Source: Sphaerodactylus townsendi
Lineage: Eukaryota
DNA length: 64,000 nt
Assembly: GCF_021028975.2 (NCBI RefSeq)
Contig: NC_059426.1
Coordinates: 145,142,001-145,206,000 of the forward strand
Direction of reading: 5' to 3'
Shown here: positions 26,112-38,089 of the stretch, one piece after another
Numbering within the stretch: the stretch's first letter is position 1
How the letters are laid out: every line of letters starts with the position of its first letter
Notes under the pieces: generated by a model
Told to the model about the DNA's origin: nothing
The model's input: the letters and a program-made list of their open reading frames with translations, nothing else
Databases searched by the model: none
Program-made: the position numbers and the translations under genes

Positions 26112-26550
26112 GTTGTTTATAAGAATAATGACATCCGTCTGGAGCTGTCTCGCTTGGCAAGGATTGGTGACACAAAGATGAAAATCTATGGAGACGTGAA
26201 GTTCACATGCGAAAATGTGGCCACGCTGGACCCCATCAACTTTGAGACACCTGAAGCCTACATTAGCCTGCCTAAATGGAACACTAAACGAATGGGTTCC
26301 ATCTCCTTTGACTTCCTCACCACAGAGCCTAATGGCCTCATACTCTTTACTCATGGCAAACCCCAGGAGAGAAAGGATTCCAGGAGCCAAAAGAATACCA
26401 AAGTGGATTTCTTTGCAGTGGAACTCTTAGATGGGAATCTCTACCTTCTCCTTGATATGGGCTCTGGAACTGTTAAAGTGAAGGCCACTCAGAGGAAAGC
26501 AAATGATGGGGAATGGTACCATGTTGATATCCAGAGAGACGGCAGATCTG
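26112..26550 (+). CDS. NRXN3: Neurexin-3 alpha internal coding exon (end of LNS2, linker, first part of LNS3)
   Basis: Acceptor ttttcccttgtcgttgacAG ends at 26111 and donor GTaagg starts at 26551; 439 nt, phase 0 to 1. Translates [27 protein letters not shown]...[28 protein letters not shown]...[12 protein letters not shown], matching NRXN3 rather than NRXN1/2 as I recall them. Confidence 0.97.
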
Positions 26551-28130
26551 GTAAGGAGTCAAAATATTTGGCAGTAGTAGTGCCTTCTTTTCCTCTATAG
26601 TATAACAAAAAGGTTTTATCAGGATCTGAAGAGCAGGATAAACTATTGTATAGCACATCCCTCACTCCATGCCATTTAGGATGGAATGGAATCTTGTTTT
26701 GTTCAGAAACCAGATATAACTTAAACCAATAATTTTTAAACTATTTTTAGCCCTCCTGCCTATGTAGGAACAATTGGACTTAAATGACTGCTAGCCCAAC
26801 AAGCTTAAAATTAATCGCTAGGTATCCTTCACTACCCTCTGTCACACATGCATACGTACCAAATGTGAAAGGTTTTGTTAGTTTTACTGAAACCTTTTTG
26901 GTTTCTCTAAAAATTCTGTGGGCATGTACGGTAGTCACCCATCACTGGTCTCACAAAATGTTCCAACAGAACAAATTAATGACCGATTTCCAATGAGAAT
27001 CCTTTTTACAGGGAGTATAATGTATAATATTGTACAGGATTAAAGTCAGAGATCTCAAGGCAAGACATAGAAGAAAGGGTGCTGCTCTCTTCCCCTTGGG
27101 AGGGGAATGCTTTTTTGTTTGGTTTGGTTGGTTCTACCTCAATGATTCCTCTTTCATGCCTTATGCTTAAGTTTGCTAAATGTTGTTTTATATGTATATT
27201 TTAGTTCTTGTTTTTAATCGGTTTCATGATGCATTTTTATCATGCTGTTTTAATTGCTAGCTGCCTTAGTAGCCCTTCTCAGGCTGACAAGTAGGATAGT
27301 TCAAAGTAAATAAGTAAATAATGGCCAAGTCCCCTGGGCTGGACCTCATTGCTGCCCTGGTTAAATGGTTTTCATGTTCTGTACTGTGAATCCTCAAGGT
27401 CATTCCCCACACTGCTACTTGAGGTCCTTTACCTAGAAGATTGAACCTTGGGGGGAGTATGCATGTAAAGCATGTGCTGTACCACCGAACCATGGTCCTG
27501 AGCTTTCCCTAAAGTTCTTTGTGATGCACTGTGATTCAAATCATTACACCATGCACCATTATCTGATACAGACCAATACTGAAACAGTATTTGAACTATT
27601 AAAATCTTTGGAGCAATCAGGCAACAATATGCGGTGGTTGTTACCAAGTGTTGTGCAATCACAGAGTGGAGCAGCAGTGTCTAAGTCATCAGAAATGTGG
27701 ACTGGTGCATTCGTAGCATGAGCTCTTGTATTGACAAAAACTCCAGCAGTAGAGTTGTTCTGCACCACACTTTTCCTGATTGAAGTGATACAGTTTGTCC
27801 TTCTTCCCAAATCTTTCTGCACCAAACTGCCAGACTGAAGTAAAAATAGCTTTTTAAGTTCCTGCATCATCACAGAGGACTGAGTTGGATGTCCTTCATA
27901 TGTCTTCTAGTCTATCAGTTTTACAGTTCTGTGAATACACTGTCTGAGATGTTTGGTAGAGGGCAGTAAAGTCCTGTAGGACAAGCTCTCCCTGTCATGG
28001 TTTTATCTCCACCAAACTCCTTGTGGTTCTATAACAAAGCCTTCACCTTTCACCAGGATTCAAGTCACAAAGAAACATGACTTATGTTATGTTTGGAACA
28101 GTTGGTTGACATTATTTCCTCTTCCTTTAG
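26551..28130 (+). other. NRXN3: NRXN3 GT-AG intron (1580 nt)
   Basis: Canonical GTAAGG...TTTAG boundaries; the split Gly codon G|GT joins the two exons. Confidence 0.95.
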
Positions 28131-28514
28131 GTACCATATCAGTAAACAGCAGACGGACACCATTCACTGCTAGTGGAGAGAGCGAAATCTTGGACCTAGA
28201 AGGGGACATGTACCTGGGAGGACTTCCTGAAAATCGGGCAGGCCTTGTGCTTCCTACTGAACTCTGGACAGCCATGCTGAATTATGGCTACGTGGGCTGC
28301 ATCCGAGACCTCTTCATCGATGGGAGGAGCAAGAACATCCGACAGCTGGCAGAGCAGCAGAATGCTGCCGGGGTCAAATCTTCCTGCTCACGGCTGAACA
28401 CCAAGCACTGTGACAGCTACCCCTGTAAGAACAACGCCGTCTGTAAAGATGGCTGGAATCGCTTCATCTGTGACTGTACTGGTACTGGCTACTGGGGGAG
28501 AACATGTGAGCGGG
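28131..28514 (+). CDS. NRXN3: Neurexin-3 alpha internal coding exon (rest of LNS3 and EGF-B)
   Basis: Acceptor tttcctcttcctttAG ends at 28130 and donor GTaagt starts at 28515; 384 nt, phase 1 to 1, in frame with the previous exon. Translates (G)[37 protein letters not shown]...[35 protein letters not shown], including a six-Cys EGF motif. Confidence 0.97.
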
Positions 28515-28585
28515 GTAAGTCCAGATACTTAAGAGATCTTGTGTACTGAGCTGCACTTTATGACTTTCCCCCCATCCATTTGTGT

Positions 28586-28790
28586 CATAAGAACATAAGA
28601 ACGAGCCTGCTGGATCAGACCAGAGTCAATCTAGTCCAGCACTCTGCTACTTGCAGTGGCCCACCAGGTGCCTTTGGGAGCTCACATGCAGGATGTGAAA
28701 GCAAGGGCCTTCTGCTGCTGCTGCTGCTGCTGCTCCCGAGTGCTTGGTCTGCTAAGGCATTTGCAATCTCAGATCAAAGAGGATCAAGAT
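28586..28790 (-). mobile_element. CR1-type LINE 3' end
   Basis: cataagaacataagaa tandem tail followed by gcctgctggatcagacc; internal (CTG)n. Confidence 0.7.
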
Positions 28791-29689
28791 TGTCACCTTG
28801 TGTGGGCAGTCTCCGCTTAAGTTGAGGGAATTAGCTGGAGACAGCAGGCGAGAGGGGGTTACTAAGAACAGTAACCTATGCATACCAGGATTGTTTCGAG
28901 TGAGAACTCTGAAATGAGTAGGTAGTTGTATCACTGAATCTGGTTTTATTAATTATAAAATAAAGGCAAATAAAGAGATTTTCAGCATACAATAATGCAC
29001 ATTCAAATCATGCATGAGCTGGCTAGAGAGGAGAAGCAGGAGATTTGGACAGAGTTGAGGGATGGGCAGTAGTTACCAGTCTTTTGAAGGGACATCCAGA
29101 GAAGTCAGCCCTGAGGAGGAAAACAAACAGCATTTCCAGAAGCAAAAGGAAAGGCCCACATGCAAGTGGGGATGAACACAGGGGTCCATACTGATGTACT
29201 TATGAGGACCACAGGACCAGATTTTATACTCTAAAATGGGCCCTGTAGGGATGTGAGGTGGAGAATAGAGAATTGATTGCTTTTCTGTGGTTTGGAGAAA
29301 GAGGTTGGAGAAGCTTGATGGGTCATTAGGTTTCAAGAGAATGCCTGGGCTATTCCCTTGAATGCTGATCCATTGAAGGGATGGGTGCAGATAGTTTGAG
29401 TAATGGTCTGCTCAGAGTGCTGATTAAATCACCTTGGGGTGATACAATAGAATTGAGCCAGTTCCTGTTTTAACTCAGACACACCTGTAGACTACGGGAG
29501 AAGTTCAGCTGCCAACTCCTTCCTTCCCAGGCTTGACATGACAAGATGGATCCCAAAACTCTCTGAGGGGCATCCATTTTGGAGGAGCAGTGCCTTGCTT
29601 TAGTGCTAGTCTTCAAGGCAGTTGTTTGACCAGCATAAGTATTTAGGACCCCCTTGCCTCCATGAAGCTCTTTAATGAGAGGAGGGACC

Positions 29690-29875
29690 TGTCAGCCCAC
29701 AGTTGTCACTGACTTAAAGTGACCCTGTAGGGTTTTCAAAGAAGAATCGTTCAGAGGAGGTTGGTTTGCCATTGCCTGCTTCTGCGTAGAAACCCTGGTA
29801 TTCCTTCGAGGACTCCTATCCAGGACTGAACTTGCTTAGTTTCCAAGATTTGGTGAGATCAGGATAACCTGGGCA
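29690..29875 (-). mobile_element. 5S rRNA-headed SINE
   Basis: The reverse complement has gatctcaccaaatcttggaaactaagca and gcaggcaatggcaaacc. Confidence 0.75.
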
Positions 29876-31101
29876 TTAGCTTAGCCCAAGTTCACTGTAC
29901 GTGACAATCTTGTACTTGAGAACTGTGACTCGATCTTGGTAACCCAGTAGCCATTCTGGAAAATGTTTGTGCAAAATAGAGCATCCTGGGTGGGCATGCA
30001 AGTCCCAAAAATCCTACTATGCTAGAATTGGGGATTTCCCTGATGCTTTCTTGGGTAGTCTATTGGAAACTATTATGAGAATTTGTCCATTCACAAATAC
30101 AGATTATGGATGCTCAAATACCCACTGTATCAGTTCACGTGCTGTTCATCAGTTGTGATAAAGGTTAAATTTTTCAAATAAGCCATTCTGAGCCTGGTCC
30201 TGGTTGGGAAAGGGCGGGGTATTTAATAAATTAAAATAAAAAAGAAATAAAATAAGCTGATCTTTAAGTTGCTGGACTATTCTGTCCTAACAGTGTACTA
30301 CTCTGCGGTTGGCTTTTTCTGTGTATGCACATCCTGTCCTTGATGTGCCATTGCTTTACTCAGCAGGCAGTAATTTAAAGTGACAGTCAAAGCAATCACA
30401 AATCAGTCATAAATAAATGCTGTATTTTTTAAACCCTACCATTTGATGCTCTGAGTAGTACTTAGCAATGTTAATGGCTGCTGATCTATTTGGATAGGCA
30501 GAATTTCCATGCAAGTGTGGCTTTGCAAAAATCTAGTACAAATGTACTTGGCAGGTATTCAAGTAATTCAGTGCCAAACCAAACAGACTGGTAGGTTCAG
30601 CTGTCAAGCATGTTTGCCAGAAAGAAAGGCCTGTGAGCCCTGACTCGCTCAATACGTGTGGCAGAGGAATAAATACAGGGCCTGTGCTCCATTATGCATG
30701 CAGAATTTCTGTATGAACATGATTTAGTTAAACATAGGAATGGGCTATTCAGAATCCAAACTTAGGGAAACAGTTTTTGAAGGCCAGTGACTTTTTGAAC
30801 ATGCTTTTTTGCACTATATGCTGGGTATACCTGGCTTGCTTTAAGAAATCAATACAATGGCATCACGTTTGAATAAGAAATGGCATTGCAACGGAAGACC
30901 AACTTTAGTTGCAAAAGTAATCCTTAGGAAGGCTTCAAACTTTCCTCCGTTTATAGTGGTAGGATCCATCCTACTGTGATCAATACGACATTTACAGTCC
31001 AGGAATCAACCTATACTTGTCACATTCTTCTTATAGACACCTAATCTGAACTTAGACCTATGCATCTTGTCCAGGGATGCTAAAGCCTGGACAGGCGTGC
31101 A

Positions 31102-31347
31102 TAGGGTTGCCAGGGCTCTCCTGGTCACCAGTGCGGGGGGGTGGGGGGGTAGGGTTGTCAGATCTAGATTGAGAAACTCCTGGAGATTTGGAGCCTGGGG
31201 AGAACAGGGACCTCCACGGGGTATAATACCATAGAGTCCAAGTTCCACATAATCCATTTTCTCCAAAGGAATTGATCTCTGTAGTCTGGAGATGACATTT
31301 AATTCTGAGGGGGATCCTCGGGGCTTACATGGAGGCTGGTATCCCTA
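31102..31347. mobile_element. TAGGG-ended hAT-like MITE (related copies ~25420-25700, ~32850, ~40582-40790, ~61400-61590)
   Basis: Termini tagggttgcca / tggtatcccta; internal tccattttctcca...gaattgatct shared between copies. Confidence 0.65.
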
Positions 31348-32323
31348 CCATATGCTTGATGGGTAGGATGAGAAATAGGGTTGGGAATGGAGCATGGCGG
31401 GGAAGAGAGGTGGCACCAATATGACCATAGAGTTTCCAATGATTTCTAAAGCTACCTTCCATCACTTTGAGAGCAATCTGGCAACAGTGCCCTTTGAGAG
31501 CAGCCGTTGGTGACAGGAGCTAAGGGCAGGAGTGCCCCCCCCCCCAGAGGATTGGCAGATTTAATATCCAGTCATGGGTTGGTTTGTAGATGGGATCGGT
31601 ACAATCGGCATCCTTGTGGCCTGTGTTAATTTTCCATAAATTGAGAACCTTTTGAAGTAGGAAATGTGGTTATTTTCAACAGTCTCAAACAATTACATTA
31701 CCTTATTTGTAGAAGCATTCAGGAATGGAGGCTCATGATGGAAGAGAAAGTATACTTTGTACCTTTCTATGTATAGTTCCTCTAATAACCCAGATCTCTA
31801 TTTGGGTGTGTTGTCCTACTTAATCAAGGAAGACCAATGCCAAGGTCATATCTGCACAAGACAGACAAAGCTTTCCTAGGGACAGTGGATGTCACACCAC
31901 CTTTTCCTCATTGTCTGTTCTGACTGTTCACATAAAGGAGTCTGATTGGGGATATATGAGGCACAATTATTGCAGGTGCAGGCAGCCAAGACGCATCTAT
32001 TCTTGACCAAATGAGAAGAAGCTTAGCAAATGCAAGACATTTGATCTATACACTGTTCAAATTCCAGACGGTCCCATTAATTGTCATCCCCATATTGCGC
32101 CTGGTGCCGTGCTCAGAATGAACTGGGAGTTTAAAACAAACACACACAGTCAAACCAAAGAAGTGGCACACAGCCCTTTGAGTGAAGAAAATGGAATTTT
32201 CCATTTTCCTCCCCCCCCCCCGTGGCAAATTAATTGGTAGTATTAAGAAGCAGGATCTTTCTAAACCACAACCAGAATTCTAGGTTGCTCTCCTTTCATC
32301 CCTCTTTTCTTATAACATTATAG

Positions 32324-32704
32324 CAGTGCCGGATTAACCTAGTAGCAAAAGTAGCCTATGCTGTGAGCCCCACATTTTTGAGAGCCCTACACTAAACCTT
32401 TCCAAGTTGTCTGGTGAAATGGCCATCTCACCAAATCTCATGATCTGGCAAATCTGTTGAAAATGTAACTTTTAAATTCTAGTTTTCTTATTTCTGACAT
32501 CTGAAGTTGATACCTAGATATAATTACTAATATTACTGAAGTGTCAGACATTTGTTGATCTGACTGTATAGCCAATGAGAAAAAATTGAATGACTTTACT
32601 GTGCAAGTACATAATTTATGTTTTAATGTTTATACAATTAAAAAAAAAGTAGGACCCCTTTATAATATATGCTACAGGCCTTGCACTAGCTTAATCCAGC
32701 CCTG
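32324..32704. mobile_element. Non-autonomous hAT element
   Basis: TIRs cagtgccggattaa / ttaatccagccctg; TSD cattatag / ctttatag. Confidence 0.85.
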
Positions 32705-33313
32705 CTTTATAGTGTGGTCTAAAGATAAAACACATATGAAACAGCCAGAATTATTGAAGTGTATTCTGTTTTCCTCCCAGGATGTGGTGTGGAATTATGG
32801 GAACCACCCTAATCTAGAGGGCTGACATTCTCAGTCCACCAGTCCAAGTAGGGTTGACAGGTCACTCCTGGCCATGGACATGGGATGGGAGTGTAAGGTT
32901 GCAGATCCAGGTTGGGAAACTGCTAGAGATTTGGGGATGGTTCCTGGGGAGAACAGTGACCTCACTGGAGTATTGAGCCTTCCCAGCCTGTTCTTTAGGT
33001 AATGGTACTGTTGTGCTTTGAGCAGGGGAGATTGAAAATGAACTTCTCTACTCAGAGGCCCCTTTCAGATTAACCTTCTAAACCAGATGTCATCATTGTT
33101 GGCTCGTTTCCAAATAGAGTGATTCAGAGACAGGCATTTCATACAGTTCATTTCAATCTGCTTATGAGCTATCTCGATAGCATTCTGGCCATTTCAAACA
33201 GCACCACTATTCTTTCCTGGCTTTTAAAAATGTTCTTGGGTTTTTTTAATGGTCTGAGATTTGTGCTATAGCACTACAGAGCCATAGCATAGACTTGCTA
33301 TATCACTAGCATT

Positions 33314-34404
33314 TGTTGCCCTATCCTTCATGCCCTGACTTGTTGAAACATGGATTTTATATGATTTTTCATACAACATATAGATTTGATAAATGCTAAC
33401 AGCCATGTATGTGTGGATCAGGGGTCCAAGCTAAAAACAAGCCAATTCTGCAAAAGGAGATTTGCCAGCACACCAATGGTTAATTCACTCAGCACCGCTA
33501 AAGGCCTCTTGGACTGTATCTTGAATGCCACACGTGGCCATGGCTGCAGCTATGCAAATAATACAGGAACACCCTACCAAAGTTGTTGTATTACAAAAGA
33601 GCCTAGGATACTCCCTGTTACAAGGTCTTGCATTTCCTTTGCCTTTAGATACCATCTCCCTAACAAACGATCCTTTCCTAAGGACAAAAGCCTCAGCCAA
33701 ATTTGAATACCTGGGCAGAGGTTCCTACACGAAACTCTGCAAAAAGCCATTCAATACTTCCTTGATACAATCAAGAAACAATTGGCGTTATTATCCCGGC
33801 CCTTAGAAACAATAGATGAGCCATTGATTAGCTCAAGCCCAGCGATCCCAGCATGGAAATCCCAAAGGATCCAGGAACGTGAAACTGAAACTTAATTGCT
33901 CCTGTCACACACTGTGCAAAGGGGTATAAAAGTACCGTTCACCCTAGACTCAGTGCTCTTTACTAACTTGAGGCTTATCTTACTGGCCTGAACCTCTCTT
34001 GGTCAAGTTCGTTGGAGACATGATATCGTCCTTTGCTTGGATTTCCATGCTGGCATAGGAATACTTGCCTTCTTCAAGACTTCTTCAGATGAACTTAGGT
34101 AACGTATAGTCCCTGTTGCTCCCCTTCTCAATCTATCATCCAAACTTATTTTTCCATCCTTTCTATATCTCAGGAACTATGTGTATGCTTCTCTATGTCA
34201 CCCTGTATGAATGTTTGCACAAAAACTTATAAAAATGTTTAAATTCAATTAGGTCTCCTTGTACTCTCTGTGGAACATTTCAAAAGCCAATTCTGGTGTA
34301 GCTGTCTAAAAGATCCCACCTAGCCTGCCTCTCGCACTGCCAAGCCGAGTTATTTCCCCCATTGCTACTTTAATAATATATTCTAACTGTTAAGCTAGGT
34401 AACA
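33314..34404 (+). mobile_element. Long solo LTR (ERV-like)
   Basis: Termini tgttgccc / aggtaaca; 4-bp TSD catt at 33310-33313 and 34405-34408; TATA box ggggtataaaag at 33921-33932. Confidence 0.7.
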
Positions 34405-35053
34405 CATTGGGATTCATTGGATTGCAAAAGGGTGAAAAAGAATGTGTCTCCTGCATCGCAGGGAGTTGAACTTGATAGCCCTCGTGGTCTCTATGATTCT
34501 ACGGAGCTCTATGATTCTCATCTGGGAGGACTCTATGATTCTCTGAGGAGGAGAAAAAATGGAGTAGTTACCTTTGCTGCATTGAGAGGTGCTTCTGAGA
34601 CTAGTTCAAACAGGTACACTAGTTGTCGATTCAGAAGCTGCCCAAAGGAAGAACTGAAAATGGGAGAAAACAGTTTTCATAAAAATGGTTGATCTCCACA
34701 ATGCAAGTGACTTTGTCTAAACAGGTAAAAATAATCTGTTGGCAGCTGGACACCCAAACATATTGTGTGTGAATTGGCACAAAAAACTGTTAGCAACTGG
34801 CAGCTCAAACAGATTATAAGGGCAGTTTGAAAGGGGCGAGAAAGTTCACACCAGTACCTTTTAGAAAGACTGCAACATCTTATTCAGTAACATTTCAGTT
34901 AGGCATTTGTGTGTTGTGACTGAGTTAATTGGCCTGTGTCACATATTTGGGAAGGCAAAATGGAGGATGCCTTCATGACACTGCCAAGCTAGCATCCCTT
35001 TCTGTTATTTTTGTCTGCAGGTGCTAAGGGTGTGTGTGGACCTTGCTAAGAGG

Positions 35054-35585
35054 TGTAGTCGAGCCCTTGAGGTCGAAAGCAAGAACTTGAGAGACAGAGG
35101 CAGACGGTGATAACATCTGGTGGAGAGGCGCCAGCAGCGGGAGGCAGCCTTGGTGTCCGTGCTCCCTAAGCAGTGACTCTGCGGCGATGCTGGTTCCTGG
35201 CACCTTTTACAACCCTTAGCGGATTCTAAGCAGGGGAGGCGTTAGAGAGAGGCGGAGCCAGGGAAATCCGGAGAAGCGGGAAGGCTGGGAGACTGAGAGA
35301 TCATCATGTGATGCATGATCTCACCTAGCTGCACTTCTACGATTGCAGAAGGAGCATCCAGCGTCTGGGCCTAATCATCTCACCTGGGGGCAAGACCATT
35401 TGTCGCCTTTGTCTGCAGGACACCGGTGGTTGCTGAGCCAGAGTAGTTCATGACTCCCGTTGACTCACAGGGGGGGGGTGAGGAGTGGGGAGGCGGTCGC
35501 GACCAGAAGATGCGATAGGAGGCCCTTAGACAAGTGTTCCAGCGCTCTACTTACGGTGCTGCTGGATCAGCAGCTCATCCCTACA
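35054..35585 (-). mobile_element. Young CpG-rich solo LTR
   Basis: Termini tgtag / ctaca; perfect 5-bp TSD agagg at 35049-35053 and 35586-35590; strand is tentative. Confidence 0.82.
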
Positions 35586-35806
35586 AGAGGCAAATGGGCA
35601 GGCTTAAAACTGGAGGCCAGTATTAGACAGGCTGAAGACTGGTAGTCTGGTGCCACTGAGGGTTGGTAAGGTAGTTATTCAACCAAAGCAAGGCAACTGT
35701 GGTGAGATGTTTACATATGTTTACATGAATATGCTATATGGATTCTCCTCATGCCGACAGCCCAGGTGGTACAGGGAGCCTGATCCAGAGCAGAAAGCTA
35801 CAAAGA

Positions 35807-35957
35807 GGCCCCTTCCGCACATGCAGAATAATGCACTTTAAATCCACTTTCAATGTACCTTGCAGCTGTATTTTACTGTGCGAAATAGCAAAACCCACTT
35901 GAAAACAATTGTGAAAGTGGTTTGAAAGCGCATTATTCTGCATGTGCGGAAGGGGCC
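35807..35957. mobile_element. PIF/Harbinger MITE (same family as 23507-23647)
   Basis: Perfect 28-bp TIR ggccccttccgcacatgcagaataatgc; 3-bp TSD aga. Confidence 0.88.
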
Positions 35958-36521
35958 AGAGACTGTTTTGCCATGTTTCTATAAAGCTAGCATTGTAATG
36001 AGTGTGATCTAGATGGACAAGTGGACACTCACATCACATGTGTGGGGCCAGAACTGCATCTCTGGTTCTGCACAGTTGAGTTGTTTTAAGACTAAGTTAG
36101 AAAATACCCAAGAAGCAGGTTTGAAATAAAAAGATAAATTTTACTGGCCAGCATAGGCATCTGACCAGGGTAACTCTAGCAGAGTCATGCCTTAACCAGA
36201 TAAAGACTTCATTTTTATAGATACAAAGGATACATACGTCACATAATCATTCCCCTTTCACGTGCTACTAGCATGAACCTTAAAATCTCATTGACTTGAT
36301 TCTGTCTCCTATTTCTTACGTGTCACATTAAGACAGTCTCTGAATCAAATTGCTTCTCTGACTAAAACATTGTCACAAATGCTGTATGTCATCTGATCAC
36401 ATCCCTCTGCCCATATGCAAACTAAATTCTACCTTTCTGGTTTTCAAGGATAACCAGTTTTTCCTACTTTTCTAAGTTTGCTCCCAAAGAGAAATACCTC
36501 CAGGTTATACAGGTTTACATA

Positions 36522-37039
36522 CCATATATACTTGCATATAAGCCGAGTTTTTCAGCCCTGTTTTAATGCTGAAAAATGCCCCCTCGGCTTATACACTAGT
36601 CACTGCTTACCAGCCAGCTCTTCAGGCCTCTGCCGAGGCTGGGGGTGGCAGGGAGGACCTCCCTGGGGCTGCACAAGCTGCTTGTTGCTGCCTCCTCCAG
36701 GGTGAAGGGGAACCCTGGCTGGCTGGGCTTCCTCAAACCCCAGGAGGCAGAGGGAGCTCCTTATTTGGGCAGTGACTCCCCCTGATGCCATTGCCCAAAT
36801 AAGGAGCTCCCTCCACCTCCCTGCTGGGTTTGAGGAAGCCCAAGTTGCCGGGAGGTGGAGGGAGCTCCTTATTTGGGCAATGACATCAGGGGGAGTCACT
36901 GCCCAAATAAGGAGCTCCCTCTGCCTCCCAGCTTCCCACCTTTGGCTTATATGCGAGTCAATACGTTTTCCCAGGTTTTGGTAGTAAAATTAGGTGCCTC
37001 AGCTTATACACGAGTTGGCTTATACACGAGTATATACGG
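36522..37039. mobile_element. Tc1/mariner-superfamily (Tc2/pogo-like) non-autonomous element
   Basis: TA-flanked TIRs ccatatatacttgcatataagccga / ttggcttatacacgagtatatacgg; subterminal ggcttata repeats. Confidence 0.85.
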
Positions 37040-37049
37040 TACATTCCTT

Positions 37050-37830
37050 AGAATCATAAAACTTCCTTTTTCCCATGTTAAGAATGATTTTAACTTTAAC
37101 AGATTATACAAACATTGATTCTAACAATTATAGTACAATACAAGTTCAAGTACATATAATCTCTCATTATCATTTCGGTGTTATATATATATAAACACTT
37201 TTTCTATTCTAACCTCTGATTTCTTATTTCCCTTGTTTATTCATGTAGCTATCCCCTATAGCTAGTTCTGACAAAAACAAAGTTATAAAGTGTATTCTTC
37301 TGTCACTGGCCCTTAGTGACAAGATTTTAAAGATTTAATCTCTAGCTTGCCTGCATAACCACTGATAAGCTTCTATGTGCAGTTTGACCTGCTGGTCTCT
37401 AGACACAGAAACCTCATTTGGATTTTTACAAATCCTTGGTTCATACCCTTGATATCAAATACAATTTTTAGACATTTGGCCCATTCCCACACATGGAATG
37501 TGAAATCCCAAGATGTCTTCACTTCCCTGCAATATTTTATTAGTTTTATGTTACCATTTATTGTTTTCCCTTCTTGGAATCACAGTTGTGAAAGCAATGA
37601 GAATTTGGTCAGAGAATCCTAGTCTTCTCATAGAACTAGAGTTCCTAGGATTTCCTGAGGTGAAAGAAACAACCAGTGTAACAGCATATATCCTCCAATA
37701 AGATCAAAGGGGATAAAGAATTTTGGAAATCATCCGAACACAGAACAAATTAATAAACTACCTAGAAGTTATTACTCCATCCTTTTCTTCTTAGTTAAAT
37801 GGGATCGTCAGTATTATTTAAGACTAAATA
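37050..37830 (-). mobile_element. Degenerate L1-like 3' fragment
   Basis: Minus-strand remnant resembling the ORF2 C-terminal Cys/His region (CREVK...FHVWEW); AT-rich. Confidence 0.45.
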
Positions 37831-38089
37831 TTTAGGTAACAGTTCTGCACCCAGGTGCTTATTCTTGTTCCACTGAAGTGAAGATGTTTATGCATCCATA
37901 ACTGGACACAGAAATGTAGCCGAAGGGATTAATCACTAGGCTTATTCTTTGAACATTCAGTAACATTAAGCTGATTGAAGCACATTTTCTGTGGTGGTTT
38001 CATTTTCAAAAAAAATCAAGGAGTGAACTCACATGCATTCAGTATTTGAAAAGCTGGTTTATTAAGCAATAGCTGAGTTACCTTTCTCT

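Noticed and set aside
26067-26430. Antisense and alternate-frame ORFs over the first exon
   Set aside because: Shadows of the real NRXN3 reading frame.
26154-26600. ORF-track boundaries (also 28106-28549) taken as standalone genes
   Set aside because: The true boundaries are splice sites; the starts are non-ATG codons and the tails are intron read-through.
34490-34545. CRISPR-like ctctatgattct x3 with spacers
   Set aside because: Eukaryotic context and very short units; matches a CR1 3' tail repeat.
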